A stretch of DNA of 64,000 bases from an uncultured Acidobacteriaceae bacterium (GTDB lineage: Bacteria; Acidobacteriota; Terriglobia; Terriglobales; Acidobacteriaceae), in the NCBI GenBank assembly GCA_963848685.1, contig CAWKED010000003.1, positions 266,337 through 330,336 on the forward strand. The letters are read 5' to 3'. The notes beneath the pieces were generated by a model. It searched no databases and was not told where the DNA came from. It saw only the letters and a list, made by a program, of their open reading frames with translations. How positions within the stretch are numbered: the first letter of the stretch is position 1; every line of letters starts with the position of its first letter. Shown here piece after piece: positions 1-7,908 of this stretch. Position numbers and translations under genes: made by a program.

Positions 1-2633
1 GCCTTGAGTACCGCGATCCCGTCGATGCGTGCCAGCCGCCGAATGATGAGCGGGTCTGCAATCGCGACAGACTCGGGCTCTTGAGCAACTATTTGCAAGT
101 TAGCGAGTTGTTTTTCTGGAATGCCCAAATCTTTGCGAAGCGCTCGTGTGGCGACTATGAGCTGCTGAAGCTTGTTCATGGAGGTAAGCGCGGCGCTATC
201 AACTTCCGATGGCTGGGGGAATGGGGCGAGGGCGATTGAGCGAAGGGCAGGTCCCTCCACTCCGCTGCGCTCCGGTCCGGATGACAGTTTTTCCTGCTGC
301 GAGTCCGACGTGAGTGCCTGCCAAAATTCTTCCGTAATGAACGGCATGAATGGCGAAAGCAGGCGCAGCGATTGCTCGAAGACTCTGAGCAGCTTCGTCA
401 GCGATTGCTTTGCCTGCTGCTTCGCTTCTTCTGTCGAGTATTCCAGCCGGATTTTGACGATTTCCAAATACCAGTCGCAGAAATCTCCCCAGAAGAATTG
501 GTAGGCGGCGTCGGCGGCCTGGTCGAAGCGATATGCTTCAAGGGCTTCGTTGATGGCCGTGATGGTCTGCGACAGGCGCGAGATCAATCCAGCGGTCTTC
601 GAGGGTAAAGCAGGTCCCTCCATTGCGGCGGCTGAAGCCGCTGCCGGTCGGGATGACAAGGATGGCGCTGGCATCGATCGTACGCCGTTCTCCGCGGCGC
701 TGTCGCGCTGCATGAAGATGAAGCGCGCAGCGTTCCAGATCTTGTTGGCGAAGGCGCGGTAGCCTTCCGTGCGCGCTTCGTTGAAGGCAATGTCCGTTCC
801 GGGCGAAGCCATCGCGGCCAGCGTGAACCTGGTCGCATCGGTCCCGTACTTCTCGATGATCTGGATCGGGTCTACGACGTTGCCCTTGGTCTTTGACATC
901 TTCTGGCGGTCGGCGTCGCGGACGAGCGCGTGGATGTGGACTTCGTGGAACGGGACGGCATCGCGCAGCGTGCGCTTGTTCTCCCCACCCTTGCTTTGCC
1001 AGGATGGGGCACCCTGAGTCTCGTTACTCGGCGACGAAAGCGGCTCTTCCAGCATGAGGTGCGAGCCGAGCATGATCATCCTCGCTACCCAGAAAAACAG
1101 AATGTCGAAGCCCGTGACGAGAAGCTGCGTCGGATAGAACGCTGCGAGATCCGGCGTGCGCTCAGGCCAGCCGAAGACGGTGAACGGCAGCAGTCCCGAC
1201 GAAAACCAGGTATCGAGTACGTCGGTTTCCTGCGTCAGTGCATCCGATTTCCCGCAGTGCCGGCAGGTGTTCGGCGTTTCGCGCGCCACGGTTGTCTTGC
1301 CGCATGCGCCGCAGTGCCACGCCGGAATTCTGTGTCCCCACCAGAGCTGACGCGAGATGCACCAGTCGTGAATGTTGCGCATCCACTCGAGATAGACCTT
1401 GCGGTGCTGGTCCGGCGTGATGCGGATGTGGCCATCTTCCACTGCGGCAATGGCTCGCGCGGCCATGCTCAGCCCGTCCGGCGAACTTTCACTCGGCTTG
1501 TTGACAGCGACGAACCATTGCAGAGAAAGCCTCGGCTCGACGATCGTCTTGCAGCGATCGCAACGGCCGACGGCGTGCGTGTGATCTTTTGTCGCGACAA
1601 GTTGCCCGGCGGCTTCCAGGTCTTGGAGAATTTTCCTCCGCGCGTCGAAGCGGTCGAGCCCGGCATACTTGCCGCCGTTGTCGTTGATGATGCCGCTCTC
1701 ATCCATGACGTTGATGGATGGCAGATTGTGCCGCTGACCGATGGCGAAGTCGTTGGGGTCGTGCGCCGGCGTGACTTTCACCGCGCCGGTACCGAATTCG
1801 GGATCGGCCCAGTCATCGGTGACAACAGGAATCTCGCGGCCGAGCAGCGGCAGACGCAGCATTTTGCCGTGCAGATGCCTGTAGCGCTCGTCATGCGGGT
1901 TCACGGCGACGGCGGTATCGCCAAGCATCGTCTCCGGCCGCGTTGTCGCGATGACGAGCGAGCCCGAACCATCCACGGCGTCGTAGCGAATCTGCCAGAG
2001 ATGGCCGGCCTGTTCCTCATGCACAACTTCCAGGTCCGAAAGCGCGGTCTGGTGCCACGGACACCAGTTGACGATGTAGGCGCCGCGATAAATCAGTCCC
2101 TGGTCGTAGAGGCGGACGAAAGCCTCACGCACGGCGCGCGACAGGCGGTCGTCCATGGTGAAGTACTCGCGCTGCCAGTCCATGCTGGCGCCGAGGCGCT
2201 TCATCTGCTCGAGGATTGCGCCGCCGTAATGCTCCTTCCATTCCCAGACTCGCTCCAGGAACTTCTCGCGGCCCAGGCCCTTGCGCGATTCGCCTTCCGC
2301 GGTGAGCTGGCGTTCGACGAGCATCTGTGTCGCGATGCCGGCGTGGTCGGTTCCCGGCACCCACAGGGCACGCTTGCCGCGCATGCGCTGCCAGCGGATG
2401 AGCACGTCCGTCTCCGTCTGCTCGAACATGTGGCCCATGTGCAGGCGGCCGGTGACGTTCGGTGGAGGCAGCAGGATAGTGAAATTTTCCTGCGTATCCC
2501 CCGGCGCGGGAGTAGCGACATGGAAGAGGTCCTCAGCGACCCAGCGCTGCGCCCACTTTTCTTCAATCTGCGACGGGGCGTAGGCCTTGGGGAGCTCCTG
2601 GGCGGAGGATGTTATTTCTGGCTCTGGCGGCAT
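1..2633 (-). CDS. valS: Valine--tRNA ligase (ValRS), partial: the C-terminus runs off the left edge of the window
   Basis: Not in the ORF track because there is no stop codon in the window. Manual reverse translation from the ATG at 2633-2631 gives MPPEPEITSSAQELPKAYAPSQIEEKWAQRWVAEDLF...ILLPPPNVTGRLHMGHMFE (HIGH-type motif), DRQKMSKTKGNVVDP (KMSKS-type, about 880-910) and FFWGDFCDWYLE (anticodon-binding domain). The frame stays open to position 1. All listed minus-strand ORFs in this range are in the other two frames. Confidence 0.93.
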   Translation of the reverse strand, partial: MPPEPEITSSAQELPKAYAPSQIEEKWAQRWVAEDLFHVATPAPGDTQENFTILLPPPNVTGRLHMGHMFEQTETDVLIRWQRMRGKRALWVPGTDHAGIATQMLVERQLTAEGESRKGLGREKFLERVWEWKEHYGGAILEQMKRLGASMDWQREYFTMDDRLSRAVREAFVRLYDQGLIYRGAYIVNWCPWHQTALSDLEVVHEEQAGHLWQIRYDAVDGSGSLVIATTRPETMLGDTAVAVNPHDERYRHLHGKMLRLPLLGREIPVVTDDWADPEFGTGAVKVTPAHDPNDFAIGQRHNLPSINVMDESGIINDNGGKYAGLDRFDARRKILQDLEAAGQLVATKDHTHAVGRCDRCKTIVEPRLSLQWFVAVNKPSESSPDGLSMAARAIAAVEDGHIRITPDQHRKVYLEWMRNIHDWCISRQLWWGHRIPAWHCGACGKTTVARETPNTCRHCGKSDALTQETDVLDTWFSSGLLPFTVFGWPERTPDLAAFYPTQLLVTGFDILFFWVARMIMLGSHLMLEEPLSSPSNETQGAPSWQSKGGENKRTLRDAVPFHEVHIHALVRDADRQKMSKTKGNVVDPIQIIEKYGTDATRFTLAAMASPGTDIAFNEARTEGYRAFANKIWNAARFIFMQRDSAAENGVRSMPAPSLSSRPAAASAAAMEGPALPSKTAGLISRLSQTITAINEALEAYRFDQAADAAYQFFWGDFCDWYLEIVKIRLEYSTEEAKQQAKQSLTKLLRVFEQSLRLLSPFMPFITEEFWQALTSDSQQEKLSSGPERSGVEGPALRSIALAPFPQPSEVDSAALTSMNKLQQLIVATRALRKDLGIPEKQLANLQIVAQEPESVAIADPLIIRRLARIDGIAVLK
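246..287 (-). repeat. Palindromic repeat family, copy A, in-frame inside valS (adds LSSGPERSGVEGPA)
   Basis: The reverse complement reads ctgtcatccggaccggagcgcagcggagtggagggacctgcc. It shares the 5' CTGTCATYC and 3' GGAGGRAYCTGC ends with copies at 610, 7792, 7863, 38173, 39150, 39201 and 40270. It is 42 nt, i.e. 14 codons, and position 287 is a valS codon start. Confidence 0.7.
610..659 (-). repeat. Palindromic repeat family, copy B, inside valS (50 nt, 3n+2)
   Basis: The reverse complement reads ttgtcatcccgaccggcagcggcttcagccgccgcaatggagggacctgc, with the same termini as copy A. In the valS frame it is translated as LSSRPAAASAAAMEGPA. Confidence 0.7.
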
Positions 2634-2718
2634 GTTTGTGAGGATTTTGCGGGAAATTCGAGGATAGCAGAGCGCGTTGCATGGACTACACTCTCAGTCG
2701 TAGAGGCAGGAGGGGCAG

Positions 2719-3270
2719 ATGCGGATTTCTAGGCGGATGTTTGCGGCGTGTGCATTGGCGATGGCGGCTGTGGGCGTGGCCCACGCACAGGACGGTAAAC
2801 GCGCTTCCTTCGGCAGCGACATTGTGGTGGCCAAGGGCGACACGGCATCGGAAGTGGCTTGCTCATTCTGCAGCGTGGTCGTGCATGGCACGGTGGACGG
2901 CAAGGTCGCTGTGTTCATGGGAAGCGTCACGGTGGACGGGACCGTCCAGGGCAAGGTCGCGGTGTTTGGCGGCAATGTCAACGTGAAGAGCGGTGGGAGC
3001 ATTGACGGCGACGTCGCGGTCAGCGGCGGCAGCATTCAGAAGGATGACGGCGGCACGATTGCCGGCAGCCAGAGACAGGGCGGCAGCCACGGTATGGTCC
3101 GCGGCGCGATGGCGCTGGTGCTGTTCTTCACGTTGCTTCCGTTCCTTGTACTTGCTGCGATCATCTGGCTGATTGTCTGGCTTGTTCGTCGCAACCGCGC
3201 GCCAATGTATCCGCCCCCTCCGCCGCCGGGAACCGGCTATCCGCCGCCGCCTCCCGCTGCGCGCTATTGA
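2719..3270 (+). CDS. Hypothetical membrane-anchored protein with bactofilin/DUF583-like beta-helix repeats and a Pro-rich tail
   Basis: 183 aa. RBS caggagggg lies 4-11 nt upstream of the ATG. Signal peptide MRISRRMFAACALAMAAVGVAHAQ. Repetitive G-x-V/I pattern (VHGTVDGKVAVFMGSVTVDGTVQGKVAVFGGNVNVKSGGSIDGDVAVSGGSI). One C-terminal TM helix (MALVLFFTLLPFLVLAAIIWLIVWLV), then PMYPPPPPPGTGYPPPPPAARY. The functional call is weak. Confidence 0.55.
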   Translation: MRISRRMFAACALAMAAVGVAHAQDGKRASFGSDIVVAKGDTASEVACSFCSVVVHGTVDGKVAVFMGSVTVDGTVQGKVAVFGGNVNVKSGGSIDGDVAVSGGSIQKDDGGTIAGSQRQGGSHGMVRGAMALVLFFTLLPFLVLAAIIWLIVWLVRRNRAPMYPPPPPPGTGYPPPPPAARY

Positions 3271-3283
3271 ATGGCTCAAGTAG

Positions 3284-3312
3284 AAGGGGCACGGCGGCTC
3301 GCCGTGCCCCTT
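3284..3312. terminator. Intrinsic terminator hairpin between convergent genes
   Basis: aaggggcacggcg-gct-cgccgtgcccctt: 13-bp perfect stem and 3-nt loop, followed by a tttt run. It sits 14 nt after the stop at 3270 and 20 nt after the stop of the minus-strand gene at 3332. Confidence 0.65.
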
Positions 3313-3331
3313 TTCTATCGGGTTTCCTTAC

Positions 3332-5113
3332 CTACTGCACCTCGGCCACGAATGCGCCGTACGGGGGGATGTTCGCCGTCGCGGGCATGGTCACGGTCAT
3401 GCCTTCGTGCTCGCTGGCGGCAAGCAGCTTCACTTTCCTGCCGGCCAGGGTTCCCAGCTGGATGGGCTGCTGGGCGCCGCTGAAGTTTCCGGCCACGAAC
3501 ACGGTCTTGCCGTTCGCGGTCCGCGAGAACGCGACGACCTGGTCGTTGCCGGCGTCGAGCATCTGGAAGTCGCCATCGCGCAGCGCGTCATTGCTACGGC
3601 GCAGCGCGATCAGCTTTTCGTACCAGTTCAGCATGCTGCGCGGATCGGCGGACTCGGTTTCAACGTTTACGGTTACGTAATCGGGAGGAATCGGCAGCCA
3701 GGTCGTTTCGGCGGTCGAGAAGCCGGCGTTCCTGCCCGGCGTCCACTGCATCGGCGTGCGCTCGCCGTCGCGGCCCTTGAACATCGGCCAGTAGCGGCGG
3801 CCGACGGGGTCTTTGACGTCTTCGACGCGCGTCGGCGGCGTGGTCTTCATGCCGATTTCGTCGCCGTAATAAAACAACGCTGCGTCCTTGGACATGAACA
3901 GGATGGTTGAAAGCATTTTCTGGATGTTGTCGCAATTCGCGTTCGGAACGGCGCCCGCTTCCACCGTGCAGAAGCGGTCCATGCGCGGGTTGTCATGGTT
4001 GTCGATGACCAGCAGCGGCTGCGAGCCGTGCACGCCGGTTTCGGCTTCGAGCAGGGACTGGCGCCAGCCCTTCGCGTCGAGTTTGTTCTTGAGGCCGACC
4101 TGCGTGTCCATCGGGAGCTGGAGCTCGTCTTTCGCGCCGCCGCCATACCACTTGTCGAGCTCGGCGATATTCGGCAGATAAGTCTCGCCGATCAGCACGC
4201 GGTCGCCCGGATAGCTGTCCGCCATCTGCCGCATGCGGCGGATGATGTCGTGGACTTCCGGCAGATTGTTGGTCCGCGAATGAATGAGCACGGGATCGCC
4301 GTTGGGCATGGTCATCAGCTTGCCGTCCGGCCCCTTGCGCTGCTCCTCATCCTGGTTGGAGGGGTCTTCGAGCAGCGTGTCAATCGCATCCAGCCGGAAG
4401 CCGGCGACGCCGCGGTCGAGCCAGAAGCGCATCTGGTCAAACATCGCCTTTTCGACGGCCGGATTGCGCCAGTTCAGGTCCGGCTGCTCCTTGTAGAACT
4501 TGTGGTAGTAGTACTGCTGGCGCGCGGGCACCCACTCCCACGCGGAGCCGCCAAATTCGCTGGTCCAGTTGTTGGGCGGCTCATGCTTGCCGTTCACCAT
4601 CTTGCCGTCGTTCCACATGTACCAGTCAGCCTTGGGATTGGTGCGGCTCGATGCGGACTCAATGAACCAGGGGTGTTTATCGCTGGTGTGGTTCAACACC
4701 ATGTCCATGATGATGCGGATATCGCGCTGCTTTGCCTTGGCGACGAGGTTGTCGAAGTCCTTCAGGCTGCCGTAGGCGGGGTCAATATTTTCGTAGTCGG
4801 AAATGTCATAGCCGAAATCCACCTGCGGCGACGGGTACGCGGGCGCGATCCAGATGGCGTTCACGCCGAGCGTCTTCAGGTAGTCAACCTTCTCGGTGAT
4901 GCCGTTGATGTCGCCCATGCCGTCGCCGTTGGAATCCTTGAAGCTGCGCGGGTAGATTTCGTAGAAGACCGCGGTCTTCCACCACGGATTGGCGGAGTGT
5001 TCGACTTTGGCAGGCGCCATGTTGCCGGTGACCGTCTGGGCGGAGACAGTCGGGGCAAATGGGAGCAGGCAGGCGGCGGTGACGGCAACGACGGCGGCGC
5101 GACGGAACATCAT
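3332..5113 (-). CDS. Secreted GH13 alpha-glucosidase / oligo-1,6-glucosidase-like enzyme
   Basis: 593 aa. Signal peptide MMFRRAAVVAVTAACLLPFAPTVSAQ. GH13 conserved regions are present: NPWWKTAVFYEIYPRSFKDSNGDGMGDINGI, DMVLNHTS (region I), GFRLDAID (II), IGETY (III), IDNHDNPR (IV). Confidence 0.88.
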   Translation of the reverse strand: MMFRRAAVVAVTAACLLPFAPTVSAQTVTGNMAPAKVEHSANPWWKTAVFYEIYPRSFKDSNGDGMGDINGITEKVDYLKTLGVNAIWIAPAYPSPQVDFGYDISDYENIDPAYGSLKDFDNLVAKAKQRDIRIIMDMVLNHTSDKHPWFIESASSRTNPKADWYMWNDGKMVNGKHEPPNNWTSEFGGSAWEWVPARQQYYYHKFYKEQPDLNWRNPAVEKAMFDQMRFWLDRGVAGFRLDAIDTLLEDPSNQDEEQRKGPDGKLMTMPNGDPVLIHSRTNNLPEVHDIIRRMRQMADSYPGDRVLIGETYLPNIAELDKWYGGGAKDELQLPMDTQVGLKNKLDAKGWRQSLLEAETGVHGSQPLLVIDNHDNPRMDRFCTVEAGAVPNANCDNIQKMLSTILFMSKDAALFYYGDEIGMKTTPPTRVEDVKDPVGRRYWPMFKGRDGERTPMQWTPGRNAGFSTAETTWLPIPPDYVTVNVETESADPRSMLNWYEKLIALRRSNDALRDGDFQMLDAGNDQVVAFSRTANGKTVFVAGNFSGAQQPIQLGTLAGRKVKLLAASEHEGMTVTMPATANIPPYGAFVAEVQ

Positions 5114-5234
5114 GACGGGGAAATCTCCTCAGCCGGAAGGTGGAGAAGCGCGGCGGTGACGGAATCTATACTGGGGCGTCCCACGCGCATCTTGAAACCC
5201 GTTAGTTGTAACAGAAGAGAGCAGCCAACGCCGC

Positions 5235-7106
5235 ATGAGTGACTGGTCACGCCGGAAAGTTCTGAAGAGCCTGAGCCGCACGGCGCTGGTGTTGCCGTTC
5301 GCGGACGTGCTGTCGCTGGCCTCGCCGCTGGGTTTCCGGCAGGAGCAGAGCGGCCAGAAAGTGGGCGCGCAGCCGGAGTACAACAAGTCGCCGATGCTCC
5401 CGCCAGCGGCGGGACCGAAGTCGCCGATTGCCGGAACGCCGCTCGGCGTGCAGTTTGTGGACGTCGCCGCGGCTGCCGGGCTGACTTCGCGCACCATCTA
5501 CGGCGGCGAGGGCAGGAACAAGTACCTGCTCGAAACCACCGGGTGCGGCGTCGCTTTCTATGACTACGACGACGATGGCTGGCTGGATATTTTCCTGGTC
5601 AACGGCTGGCGGCTGGAAGGCTTCGCGAAGGGCCAGGAGCCGGCATGCCACCTGTTCCGGAACAATCGCGACGGCACCTTTACAGACGTTTCCGCAAAGA
5701 GCGGCATTGCCAGCACGGGCTGGGGCCAGGGCTGCTGCATCGGCGACTACAACAACGACGGCCATGATGACCTGTTTCTGAGCTACTACGGCAAGGTCGT
5801 GCTGTACCGCAACAACGGCGACGGCACGTTCACCGATATGACGGAGAAAGCCGGGCTGGTGCAGCCGGGCAAGCCCCGCTGGAACACCGGCTGCGCGATG
5901 CTCGACTACAACCGCGACGGCCATCTGGACATTTTTGTCGCGAACTACATTGACATGGACCTGAAAACGGCGCCGACGCCGGAGTCCGGACCATGCACGT
6001 ACAAGAGCATCCTGGTGGCCTGCGGACCGCCGGGGCTGCCGGGCGGGAAAAACATTCTGTACCACAACAACGGCGACGGCACGTTCACCGATGTCAGTGA
6101 GAAGGCCGGCATGTGGAACACGATCGGCACCTACGGGCTCAGCGTGGCGGTCGGCGATTTTGACAACGACGGCTGGCCCGACATCTATGTCGCGGACGAT
6201 TCCATTGCGTCGATTCTGTACGTGAACCAGAAGGACGGCACGTTCAAGGACCAGGGCATTGAAGCCGGGGCCGCGCTGAGCCCCGACGGGAAGCCGCAGG
6301 CGGGCATGGGCGTCGGCATTGGCGATTACAACCATGACGGCAATCTCGACATTCTGAAAACGAACTTTGCCGGCGACACCGATTCGCTCTACCAGAACAT
6401 GGGCGACGGAACGTTCGAAGACCACACCTACGAGAGTGGCCTCGGCGTGAACACGCGCTACCTCGGCTGGGGCGTCGGTTTTCTGGACTTCGACAACGAT
6501 GGCTGGCTGGACATTTTCATGGCCAACGGGCACGTGTATCCCGAGGTGAGCGGTTCACGCACGGAAGCGCCCTACAAGGAGCAGAAGTACCTCTACCGGA
6601 ACCTGCGCAACGGCCGGTTTGAGGATGTGAGCTCGCTTGCCGGGCCGGGCATGACTTCTCCCGTCGCCAGCCGCGGCTGCGCGTTTGGCGATTACAACAA
6701 CGACGGCTGCATGGATGTCGTCATCAACTGCGTCAATGACGTGCCGCAATTGCTGCGTGCGGATTCCACTTGGAACCGCGGCTGGATCAAGATCAAGACC
6801 GTCGGCGTCAAGTCGAACCGCACCGGCGTGGGCGCGCGCATCCGCGTCACGGCGGACATTGGCGGCGACGGCAAGATGGTGACGCAGACCGACGAAGTCC
6901 GCAGCGGTGGCAGCTATTTCTCGCAAAGCGACTTGCGGGTCCATTTCGGGCTGGGCGCAGCCAGGAACGCAACGGTGGAAGTGCGCTGGCCGAGCGGCCA
7001 GGTGGATGTCCTCAAGTCGCTCGATGCCAACAGGCTGTATGTCGTGCAGGAGGGCGGAAAAATTCTGCGCGCGGAAGAGATGAAGGGCTTCGCGAAGAAG
7101 CGGTAG
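5235..7106 (+). CDS. CRTAC1-family protein (FG-GAP/VCBS repeats plus ASPIC/UnbV C-terminal domain)
   Basis: 623 aa. Tat-like leader MSDWSRRKVLKSLSRTALVLPFA. Repeated motifs such as GDYNNDGHDDLF, DYNRDGHLDIFVANY, GDFDNDGWPDIYVADD and LDFDNDGWLDIFMANGH. C-terminal NRTGVGARIRV...EVRSGGSYFSQSDLRVHFGLG (UnbV/ASPIC signature). Confidence 0.85.
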   Translation: MSDWSRRKVLKSLSRTALVLPFADVLSLASPLGFRQEQSGQKVGAQPEYNKSPMLPPAAGPKSPIAGTPLGVQFVDVAAAAGLTSRTIYGGEGRNKYLLETTGCGVAFYDYDDDGWLDIFLVNGWRLEGFAKGQEPACHLFRNNRDGTFTDVSAKSGIASTGWGQGCCIGDYNNDGHDDLFLSYYGKVVLYRNNGDGTFTDMTEKAGLVQPGKPRWNTGCAMLDYNRDGHLDIFVANYIDMDLKTAPTPESGPCTYKSILVACGPPGLPGGKNILYHNNGDGTFTDVSEKAGMWNTIGTYGLSVAVGDFDNDGWPDIYVADDSIASILYVNQKDGTFKDQGIEAGAALSPDGKPQAGMGVGIGDYNHDGNLDILKTNFAGDTDSLYQNMGDGTFEDHTYESGLGVNTRYLGWGVGFLDFDNDGWLDIFMANGHVYPEVSGSRTEAPYKEQKYLYRNLRNGRFEDVSSLAGPGMTSPVASRGCAFGDYNNDGCMDVVINCVNDVPQLLRADSTWNRGWIKIKTVGVKSNRTGVGARIRVTADIGGDGKMVTQTDEVRSGGSYFSQSDLRVHFGLGAARNATVEVRWPSGQVDVLKSLDANRLYVVQEGGKILRAEEMKGFAKKR

Positions 7107-7124
7107 CCGCTGCATACTGTTGGC

Positions 7125-7781
7125 ATGCATGGCAGACTCCTGACGCTGAGCGCGGGCGGCGCGCACTCGCTGCCGCAGCAGGGCCGGATGGTCAAGACTG
7201 CCATCGGTAAACGACCAATTGCAAGTGCTGAACTCACCGTAACCGGAGTTCCCGGCGACATTCAGGTGGACACCGCGCACCACGGCGGCGTCTACCGCGC
7301 CCTGTGCCTCTACCCAGACGAGCATTACGCGCACTGGGAGCGAACACTGGGCCGCGCGCTGGCCCGGCCGGGCTTCGGCGAAAACTTCACGACCTCCGGC
7401 CTTGTCGAAACAGACGTCTGCATCGGCGACATTTTTCGCGTTGGCGAAGCCCGCGTGCAGGTGACGCAGCCGCGCGGGCCGTGCAACACCCTGGCCGCGT
7501 TTGTCGGTGAGCCGCAGCTGGCCGCGTGGGCCATTGAGACCGGCTACACGGGCTGGTACATGAGCGTCATCACTGGCGGAACTGTGCGCGCGGGCGATGC
7601 GATGGAACTCGATGCGCGGCCCGGGACCGGGGTCACGATTGAGGACTGCAATCGCGCGCGCTGGCCCCGCGATGCGCGCGAGGCCGCGCTGGCGGAACGC
7701 GTGCTTGCCGAGCCGCTGTTGCGCGATGAATGGCCGGACAGAGTTCGGGCGTCGGCGGCGTTGCAACGCGCATTTGTTTAA
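7125..7781 (+). CDS. MOSC domain-containing protein (YiiM-like)
   Basis: 218 aa. Contains KTAIGKRPI...GVPGDIQVDTAHHGGVYRALCLYPDEHY...GENFTTSGL.E.DVCIGDIFRVGEARVQVTQPRGPCNTL, typical of the MOSC beta-barrel with its conserved Cys. Confidence 0.82.
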   Translation: MHGRLLTLSAGGAHSLPQQGRMVKTAIGKRPIASAELTVTGVPGDIQVDTAHHGGVYRALCLYPDEHYAHWERTLGRALARPGFGENFTTSGLVETDVCIGDIFRVGEARVQVTQPRGPCNTLAAFVGEPQLAAWAIETGYTGWYMSVITGGTVRAGDAMELDARPGTGVTIEDCNRARWPRDAREAALAERVLAEPLLRDEWPDRVRASAALQRAFV

Positions 7782-7791
7782 GAGCAAGAAC

Positions 7792-7905
7792 GGATTCCTC
7801 CGGCGCTCCGCGCCTGCGGAATGACAGCCAGAAAGAGTGCTGCTCAACAACAGCCAGTCTTGCTGTCATTCCGTAGGTCGCTGCGGCGACCGGAGGAATC
7901 TGCAG
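7792..7905. repeat. Two inverted copies (C at 7792-7827 and D at 7863-7905) of the palindromic repeat family; composite hairpin and likely bidirectional terminator
   Basis: C is ggattcctccggcgctccgcgcctgcggaatgacag. D is ctgtcattccgtaggtcgctgcggcgaccggaggaatctgcag, followed by ttttt. They face each other across a 35-nt spacer. The pair lies between convergent genes ending at 7781 (+) and 7909 (-). Confidence 0.7.
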
Positions 7906-7908
7906 TTT

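Noticed and set aside
930-2732. 600-aa ORF on the + strand, the longest listed ORF in this region
   Set aside because: It lies entirely antisense to valS, whose translation carries unambiguous ValRS motifs. Its own product is Arg/Ala/Gly-rich with no recognisable motif, typical of a GC-rich shadow ORF.
3995-7850. Long ORFs 3995-5242 (+), 5247-6533 (-) and 6555-7850 (-)
   Set aside because: They are antisense shadows of the GH13 glucosidase, the CRTAC1/ASPIC gene and the MOSC gene respectively. Their low-complexity Arg/Ala/Val-rich translations have no family motifs, whereas the opposite strands encode clear domain proteins.
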